A stretch of DNA of 64,000 bases from Candidatus Melainabacteria bacterium 17Bon1m (GTDB lineage: Bacteria; Cyanobacteriota; Vampirovibrionia; Obscuribacterales; Obscuribacteraceae): NCBI GenBank assembly GCA_032128875.1, contig JAVLKG010000004.1:256001-320000 (forward strand), read 5' to 3'. How positions within the stretch are numbered: position 1 is the stretch's first letter; each line of letters begins with the position of its first letter. Position numbers and translations under genes: made by a program. Positions 57,705-64,000 of the stretch are shown here, piece by piece. The notes under the pieces are model-generated. The model made no database searches. It had not been told where the DNA came from and was given only the letters and a program-made list of their open reading frames with translations.

Positions 57705-59549
57705 GTGAAAATCCTAGTTATGAAACTGGTAAGCCTGGGAAAATCAGTGTTTGAAGCATCGAGAAGGGTAGTTTTGCAAGAAAGGAAACTAATTCTTAAA
57801 CCGTGCAATCGCCATCAAGTCCGTCGCCGTTTCGCTATCGACGTCTGGGTTGCTGTCTTTACTGCGTCGTTTTTGCTGGCATTTCTTTCGACGGTTGTCT
57901 CGCACGCACCTGCTGACGCCGCTGACTATCAGGCGGAGAGCAATGCGTACAAACTCTACGCTCAAGGGTACGAACTGTATCGCTCCGGCTCTTACGCCCA
58001 GGCGGCCTCTGCTCTATCTCAGGCAGCAGCGTACGATCCGACCACCTTTTCTGGTCGTATTCATCTCAGCTTGGCGCAAAGTTATCAGCAGTTGAAGAAT
58101 TCCAAGGAAGCGATTAAGCAGGCTCAGCTTGCTCAAAAGCTTGATCCGAACGATCCCTATCCGACTTACATCATGGCGCTCGTTTATAACGACATGAAGC
58201 GCTACGATTTATGCTTATCCAGCCTTCAGCGCTATATCAATGCTCCCAATGCGACCGCGCGCGCGGAAGCAGAGCAAATGATGAACACGGTGAAAGTCTA
58301 CACTTGCACAAAGGACGGTTGCGAGAATATCAGCGCCGGAAAGTACAGGGAAGCGATAAGACTGTTCGAGATCGCAGCAACGGCCGATCCATCTCAAAAC
58401 TCCGGTTGCATCCACGGCAACCTCTGTTTTGCATATCGCAAAGTTAGAAATTACCCACGCGCTGTTTCCGAGGGCAAGAAAGCTCTTTCGTTTGACCCTA
58501 ATGACACCAGTGTGATCTACAACGTCGCAATCGCCTACATGGACATGGCAAAATTCGACGATTCAATTTCGTACTTGCAGCGCTATTTGACACTGGAGAC
58601 AGATGGCAATCAGAGAGCTAATGCACAGCAGTTGATATCGGAATTGGCGCAAGACAAAAAGAAGCAGAACAGCCCTAATAATAAGCTTCCTGATTATCTC
58701 GACATTCTTAAGAAGAACGACCATTTATTCACATGGTCAAACCAACAGATGCCAATCAAGATCTACATGAGTGCAGGCACAAACACACCAGGTTACAAAC
58801 CCGTGTTTCGCAATTACGTCTTGAAGGCGATGGACACTTGGTGCGAGGCTTCCGGCAAGAAAATCAATTACAAAGTGACGAAGGACAAAAGCAAGGCTGA
58901 CATCATTGTCACCTGGACGCCAAACGCTTTGGATGCAAGTTCAGAATTACGGGTAGTTGCTGGGTTAACAACTCCCGAGGTTATAGATAATAACTTTCGA
59001 AGCACGCTTGTAGAGCTTCGTACAACTGATGCGTTTATACCAGGAGCTTATGTGAAAGATGGCGAGATGGCCGCTGTGACCATGCACGAAATTGGGCACG
59101 CACTTGGCCTTGATCATTCGAATTCAATTTACGACCTGATGTACTTTCGCTCCAACGGATTGCAAAACGGTTTGCCAACGAAAAGAGATAGGTTGACGCT
59201 GGCTAAGCTCTACGCGGCGCACCCGGCGATAACTTTCACACCCAACCCGGAGTCTACACCAGCTGGACCACCAGTGGTGTTTATGCCTCCACCTACGTTT
59301 GCTCCACCCAAATTGCCTGACAATAGTAACATCGCACCTCCGATGTTTACTCCGCCTCCATTGAAGGAAAAGCTTCCGCCCCCAATGTTTACTCCGCCTC
59401 CGCTTTCGAAAACAAGGCGTGCACCAAATGCGGTGGCCTTGCCGACGTTTACGCCCCCGCCATTAAGTAAACAAAGTGGTGGCAGTTCTGGCAAAAAGAA
59501 TGAGAGTAGCAAACCGCCTACCTTCTTTGTTCCGCCTCCTGTCAGGTAA
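57705..59549 (+). CDS. TPR protein with matrixin (M10) zinc metalloprotease domain and Pro-rich tail
   Basis: TPRs; HEIGHALGLDHS with Met-turn DLMY; PPxFxPP repeats; start uncertain. Confidence 0.9.
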   Translation: MKILVMKLVSLGKSVFEASRRVVLQERKLILKPCNRHQVRRRFAIDVWVAVFTASFLLAFLSTVVSHAPADAADYQAESNAYKLYAQGYELYRSGSYAQAASALSQAAAYDPTTFSGRIHLSLAQSYQQLKNSKEAIKQAQLAQKLDPNDPYPTYIMALVYNDMKRYDLCLSSLQRYINAPNATARAEAEQMMNTVKVYTCTKDGCENISAGKYREAIRLFEIAATADPSQNSGCIHGNLCFAYRKVRNYPRAVSEGKKALSFDPNDTSVIYNVAIAYMDMAKFDDSISYLQRYLTLETDGNQRANAQQLISELAQDKKKQNSPNNKLPDYLDILKKNDHLFTWSNQQMPIKIYMSAGTNTPGYKPVFRNYVLKAMDTWCEASGKKINYKVTKDKSKADIIVTWTPNALDASSELRVVAGLTTPEVIDNNFRSTLVELRTTDAFIPGAYVKDGEMAAVTMHEIGHALGLDHSNSIYDLMYFRSNGLQNGLPTKRDRLTLAKLYAAHPAITFTPNPESTPAGPPVVFMPPPTFAPPKLPDNSNIAPPMFTPPPLKEKLPPPMFTPPPLSKTRRAPNAVALPTFTPPPLSKQSGGSSGKKNESSKPPTFFVPPPVR

Positions 59550-59656
59550 GCACATTGATGAGAGCTGTGCCGCCTACATTAAAAGGCGGAGGAAGTGTTC
59601 CGTAAATTCTGTAAATCCTGTACTATGCTGTCTTTCGGGCTCTCAGGTAATTCATA

Positions 59657-61030
59657 ATGCATAGTGCTAAAGCAGGCAAACGATGGGCTTTTCGCAACCT
59701 TATAGGAGTGGTCTCAGCGATCTCGTTGGCGCTGTTGACGACTATGCCGAGTGCGCTTGCTCAAGGAAGTTTTTCCGGGGCGCAGCAAAGAGGCCCGTTC
59801 AATCAAAGTGAAGCGGCTGAGACAGGAATTTCTTCTGTGCCTGGAAGCACTGCAGAAGACTCTAACTTTACTTATGGGCAAGAAGACGAAGACGAAGGTG
59901 CTGCATCCGCATCTGAGCCGCGCGCAGCAAGTCTTGCAGACCTAGATGCGATCATGAATCAAACGCTGCAGCAATATTACGTACCTGGTGGAGCGCTGGC
60001 AGTCGCTCACAATGGAAAACTGGTTTATGCCAAAGGATTTGGCGTTGCGAATTTGCGCACTCAAGAGCCTGTCACCCCGAACACATTGTTTAATTTAGCC
60101 AGTTGCACAAAAGCTATTTCTACATTCGGAATAATGCGTCTAGTAGAGGCTGGTAAACTTCGCCTCGATGACACCTTCTACAACGTCATCGGTCGTCCGA
60201 ATTTAGTGCGCGGTATGAACGCAGACCCGCGAGTGGCTCAGATTACAATTCGTCAACTGCTGCACCACTCCGCTGGTTGGAATGATGACTCGGGATATGT
60301 GAAAGCGGGCAACGAAGTCATGCGCCTTGCTCCAAATGGATTGCCATTTTCAGAAGCCATTCGTGTGTTGCTAGCCACGCCGCTTGATTATGAACCTGGT
60401 ACGCAAGCAAAATACGCCAACGGCGACTGGAATTTGATCAAGTATGTTGTCGAAGTCGCTGCACAACGACCATATGGAGAATATTTGCAAGAGCAGCTTA
60501 ATTCAATAGGCATCCACGACATGTGCGAAGAATCGAGAGGGCTTGTTCGTGGACAAGCATCTCGATATGCGGGTTACCCACCTCGTGTAATTCCTGGTGG
60601 TCAGCGCACTGTTCCCCTTATGCCGGACTTTGGTAACTGGATGGCGTCGGCCGTCGACATGGTGAAGTTCCTCACCGCAATTGACGGCACTCGCATGCAA
60701 GGCATCTCCTATGATTCGTTTCAACAACTCATAGCACCATTACCGCCACCAATGAAAAACAATCCCAATGGCAGTCATTTCGGACTAGGCTTGGACACTG
60801 TGCGAATGACTCCGCAGGGAGTCACCTTCAGCAAGAACGGTGGAAAGCCTGGTGTGCACAGCCAAATTATTCACTTGCCGAACAATACTGATTTTTGTGT
60901 GTTGTTCAACGGCGGTTCTTCTCCGGACGGCACAGATGCTAATCCTATGACTGCAGTCAAATCGATCAGGCAAGTGTTGAACAATGTCAAAGACTGGCCG
61001 ACTACTGATCTGTTTCCCAATTATCAATAA
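59657..61030 (+). CDS. Secreted serine hydrolase, beta-lactamase/AmpC-like family
   Basis: FNLASCTK (SxxK), LLHHSAG, YAN, KNGG; signal peptide. Confidence 0.9.
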   Translation: MHSAKAGKRWAFRNLIGVVSAISLALLTTMPSALAQGSFSGAQQRGPFNQSEAAETGISSVPGSTAEDSNFTYGQEDEDEGAASASEPRAASLADLDAIMNQTLQQYYVPGGALAVAHNGKLVYAKGFGVANLRTQEPVTPNTLFNLASCTKAISTFGIMRLVEAGKLRLDDTFYNVIGRPNLVRGMNADPRVAQITIRQLLHHSAGWNDDSGYVKAGNEVMRLAPNGLPFSEAIRVLLATPLDYEPGTQAKYANGDWNLIKYVVEVAAQRPYGEYLQEQLNSIGIHDMCEESRGLVRGQASRYAGYPPRVIPGGQRTVPLMPDFGNWMASAVDMVKFLTAIDGTRMQGISYDSFQQLIAPLPPPMKNNPNGSHFGLGLDTVRMTPQGVTFSKNGGKPGVHSQIIHLPNNTDFCVLFNGGSSPDGTDANPMTAVKSIRQVLNNVKDWPTTDLFPNYQ

Positions 61031-61903
61031 TTATTTTTCGCTTTCAGCCAGCAGTGTAGTCACTACTTCTTCCAGATGGCGATGCAGAACGAAATGTCCG
61101 CTGTCTTCCTTAAGTATCAATTCTGCTTTCGGCAGACGCGCCGCCAAGATTTTTGACGCGCTGACAGGACAAAGATGATCTTGGGTGCCTTGCCACATTT
61201 TTACTGCAATTTGCATAGTCTCGACATTGAAGCCCCAGGGCTTTCGCATTGCCAGGTAATCATCCAGCACCCCTTCGAATCCTTGGCTGATTGATTCGAA
61301 CGTGAATGACGTGGCCTCTTCGAGGGAAAGGTCCTTAATAATTTCGTAGTCTGGTCCTTCTTTCACGGCACGCAGCAATTCGTCCTTCATTTTTGATGGT
61401 GAGTAAAACTTGAAAAGAATTCCGGCGGGCGAAAGAATGTGCAAAAGTCTTTCCGGCCAGCTGAGCAAGATTCTGTCCTCTAGCAGTCCTAAATCTTGAA
61501 CGGCGCCGTTGTAGTCCAGTGGTCCGACACCACCGATGGTGCCAACTACAGTGATCTTGTCGCTAAGAAGCGCTCCACATGCAAGTGCATAAGGACCCCC
61601 CAGCGACCAACCCAATACAGGCAGATTTTTCAGATTTAGAACACGCAAAAGCTCCCTCGTATCTGACGCCCAGTCGCTAAAGGTGCGTCCAATTTGTCGA
61701 TCTGAAATTCCTATGCCTGGTCGGTCCGGCGCAATTACTTTGACGTTGAGATCATGCAGCATCTCATCTGCGAAATTTATATCCAATCGGCTCGACATTC
61801 CGCCGTGCAGATAAAGCAACTCGCGCCCGTTCGGAGCACCGAACGTGGCGTAGCCCAGAGTTCGTCCATCGTTGAGTTTTATGGTGCTGTCTATTCTGGG
61901 CAT
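61031..61903 (-). CDS. Alpha/beta-fold hydrolase
   Basis: DGRTLGY, LHGG, PDRPGIG.S, GWSLGG, QGTQD, SGHF. Confidence 0.92.
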   Translation of the reverse strand: MPRIDSTIKLNDGRTLGYATFGAPNGRELLYLHGGMSSRLDINFADEMLHDLNVKVIAPDRPGIGISDRQIGRTFSDWASDTRELLRVLNLKNLPVLGWSLGGPYALACGALLSDKITVVGTIGGVGPLDYNGAVQDLGLLEDRILLSWPERLLHILSPAGILFKFYSPSKMKDELLRAVKEGPDYEIIKDLSLEEATSFTFESISQGFEGVLDDYLAMRKPWGFNVETMQIAVKMWQGTQDHLCPVSASKILAARLPKAELILKEDSGHFVLHRHLEEVVTTLLAESEK

Positions 61904-62009
61904 ATTGTAATCCCGAGAGCGCAACGCGCTTACTTCACCTGTTATATTACGAACCCGGCGGGTTTGGATATTAGATTTCGCCCTCTTTGATAGCTTGGAA
62001 ACACACCGT

Positions 62010-63083
62010 ATGCGACGCCATTTGATCACATCTTTACTTGCATTGCTTATAGCCAATGCAGGCGCCGGGATTGCGACTGCTCAAGATGCGGGCACGTTTG
62101 CTCCTTCTGCTTCATCCTATTCTTCCAGCTCCTCCGGCTCTTCTTCTTCTTCTTCTTCTTCTTCTTCAGCAGCCGCCACACCATTCAAATTATTTGCAGG
62201 AGTTTCGCACCAGGAGTTGCTACCGCAAGTACACGAGTCTATTGAGCCGCATGTGCAAAAGCAGAAAGTGGCAATTGCTCCTGCGTTAGAAGTTCAAAAA
62301 CCCGTGCTTAAGCCAGAGCGCACGATGACCGCTCCTCCAATTGCCTTTCTGCCGAAGCTTTCAGAAACAGTAGTAAAACCGGTTGCTCGTCCGCCAGTGC
62401 TTACGGCACAAACAGCCGTCAAACAATCTTATGAGCCGGCGTTTGGTGTTGCCCGACTGACGGCAGAGCGCAGTCCAGATCCCCCTAGACCTGCACAGCA
62501 TTACACAATTGAATGGTTCATGATTCCTAGCTGGATGGCGGGAGTCTGGCTTAAAAGCGGCGATATGACGACTCATGTCACCGATTTACGCACCGGCGCG
62601 ACTAGTTCGCAAAACGAATGGACTGATAATCGGATGGAAGCGTCCTGGGGGCATCTTCAAGATGCTCGCGGTAACTATTGGCACGTGAACTTGCTTCCTT
62701 CAGAACGCGACGGAATGTCGGCCGGCAAGTTGGTGCGGTTTTTGACTGTGGCGCAAAAATGCGAAGGTTCAAGTCCACAAAAACTCATGACGAGAACTCA
62801 TTACATTGTTAGTGAATCAAATCCTTGGAGCAACCAGCCACTCGACACATTCCAGCAAGAGTCTATAAACCTATACGAGATGTCCGGGCAGAATGAAATT
62901 TTGAATTCCAGCAGCAATCGAGTTTTTACTTACCAGGGTGCGCCAGTGCGGGAAGGGCACCTTATCAGCAAGTTCAACAAGATTCGAGGATTCACGCCGG
63001 TGGCAACGCTCAATGGCGTGGACTTGCGAGCGTCGCTCAACGACTATTTAAAGGGACATTCCCTGGGTTATCTCGTCAAATAG
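62010..63083 (+). CDS. Hypothetical secreted protein with poly-Ser linker
   Basis: Signal peptide ATA-Q; Ser run encoded by TCT repeats; Trp-rich C-terminal domain (IPSWMAGVW). Confidence 0.75.
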   Translation: MRRHLITSLLALLIANAGAGIATAQDAGTFAPSASSYSSSSSGSSSSSSSSSSAAATPFKLFAGVSHQELLPQVHESIEPHVQKQKVAIAPALEVQKPVLKPERTMTAPPIAFLPKLSETVVKPVARPPVLTAQTAVKQSYEPAFGVARLTAERSPDPPRPAQHYTIEWFMIPSWMAGVWLKSGDMTTHVTDLRTGATSSQNEWTDNRMEASWGHLQDARGNYWHVNLLPSERDGMSAGKLVRFLTVAQKCEGSSPQKLMTRTHYIVSESNPWSNQPLDTFQQESINLYEMSGQNEILNSSSNRVFTYQGAPVREGHLISKFNKIRGFTPVATLNGVDLRASLNDYLKGHSLGYLVK

Positions 63084-63281
63084 CATTTCCCGGTTTTTCC
63101 TGGACCCGGGGCGTCCAAATTTTGGTGCCTTTGAGGTTGTTTTGATTCTTCACTAAATATCCTTTGATGTTCTACCCAGTATCTTTTGGATATCTGGCGC
63201 CCGAAATGCATATATAAGGTAGGTATAAAGTCCAAATAAAACGGGTACTTTCAGTTTGATGGGTTGAAAGGGAGCGAATTG

Positions 63282-64000
63282 ATGTTGAAATTCAATTGGC
63301 AAAGCGATCGTTTATTGGGAGTAAGCAAACGAAAATTTGCTTCGCGTGCAGCCAGGATTTTTTCTTTAGTACTTTGTCTGACGTCGAGTCTTGCCTCTCT
63401 TCAATCGACAAGCGCTGCGGAGGTGATTGCGACGTCCACGCACGATGCGGACGAGCAAGCGATTAGAGCGCAAGCTGCAGATTACTCAAAAGCATTTGCA
63501 GCAGGTGACGTTTCTGCCTTGCTGGCGATGTGGTCTGACAATGCGGTACTGACTGATCAATTCGGAAAGGTAGCATCTGGGAAAGATGCGATTCGGGCGC
63601 AGATGACTTCTTTCTTTACTGCCTACGGAAAGCAACCGCTAGAAATTAAAATCGATTCGCTCGAATTTCCTGCAGACAATCTCGCAATAGAGCATGGAAC
63701 GTCTCATGTTGGAACAACCTCAAATCCCGCAAGCTATTCGACGTACACTGCAGTTCATGTAAAACGTGACGGTAATTGGCAGATGGTGAATGTTTCTGAA
63801 TCTCCAAGATATGATGCCAATGCGGCGACTGTTCCTTCGATTTCTGAACTTTCATGGTTGGTGGGCAATTGGAGCGTTGAAGGTCCAAGAGGAAATCTGC
63901 AAATTAAAGCCGATTGGGTTGCAGGAAAGAAAATGATTCGCTGCGACTTTGATGCCACCACTAAAGATGGTGAGAAGACCAGCCAGACACAGTTTATATT
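63282..64000 (+). CDS. Secreted SnoaL/NTF2-like (SgcJ/EcaC-type) protein, 3' truncated by window
   Basis: Manual translation: signal peptide, DEQAIRAQAADYSKAFAAGDVSALLAMWSDNA...GKDAIRA...VHVKRDGNWQM; open to the window end, so absent from the ORF track. Confidence 0.85.
   Translation, partial: MLKFNWQSDRLLGVSKRKFASRAARIFSLVLCLTSSLASLQSTSAAEVIATSTHDADEQAIRAQAADYSKAFAAGDVSALLAMWSDNAVLTDQFGKVASGKDAIRAQMTSFFTAYGKQPLEIKIDSLEFPADNLAIEHGTSHVGTTSNPASYSTYTAVHVKRDGNWQMVNVSESPRYDANAATVPSISELSWLVGNWSVEGPRGNLQIKADWVAGKKMIRCDFDATTKDGEKTSQTQFI

Noticed and set aside
59657-61030. Antibiotic resistance calls for the serine hydrolase and the MBL-fold protein (31232..31990)
   Set aside because: Only fold-level motifs; both families are mostly esterases, peptidases or other hydrolases
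62139-62167. (TCT)n microsatellite as a phase-variation switch
   Set aside because: A triplet repeat encoding a poly-Ser linker; slippage would keep the frame

Overview
This is a gene-dense bacterial chromosomal window of about 50% GC, with no rRNA, CRISPR array, prophage or intact transposase. The gene style (Ser/Thr kinase-LRR, TPR-matrixin, many secreted orphans, OmpR regulators) suggests a non-photosynthetic Cyanobacteriota relative such as Obscuribacterales/Vampirovibrionia; this is inference only. Housekeeping and metabolic genes include glgX, glgB, class I fumarase, PPK2, fabH, Bcp peroxiredoxin, a Cys/Met PLP lyase, an AttEFGH-like ABC module, LOG, PfkB, cysteine desulfurase, patA and glutaminase. 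Four things stand out. (1) A family 1 encapsulin operon (54903-56437) whose upstream gene encodes an unusual cargo: a compact, internally duplicated H...HxxxE helical domain, a long Gly/His-rich linker and a C-terminal TVGPL targeting peptide, preceded by a Fur-like box. (2) A six-gene array of atypical tRNAs (Asp, His, Pro, Tyr, Leu, Gln; 30272-30804) behind a structured leader containing a short ORF enriched in those same six amino acids. (3) A LOV histidine kinase. (4) A dispersed family of REP/BIME-like palindromes and two small ORFs below the ORF-track size cutoff. All calls come from reading motifs by eye; no database searches were run.
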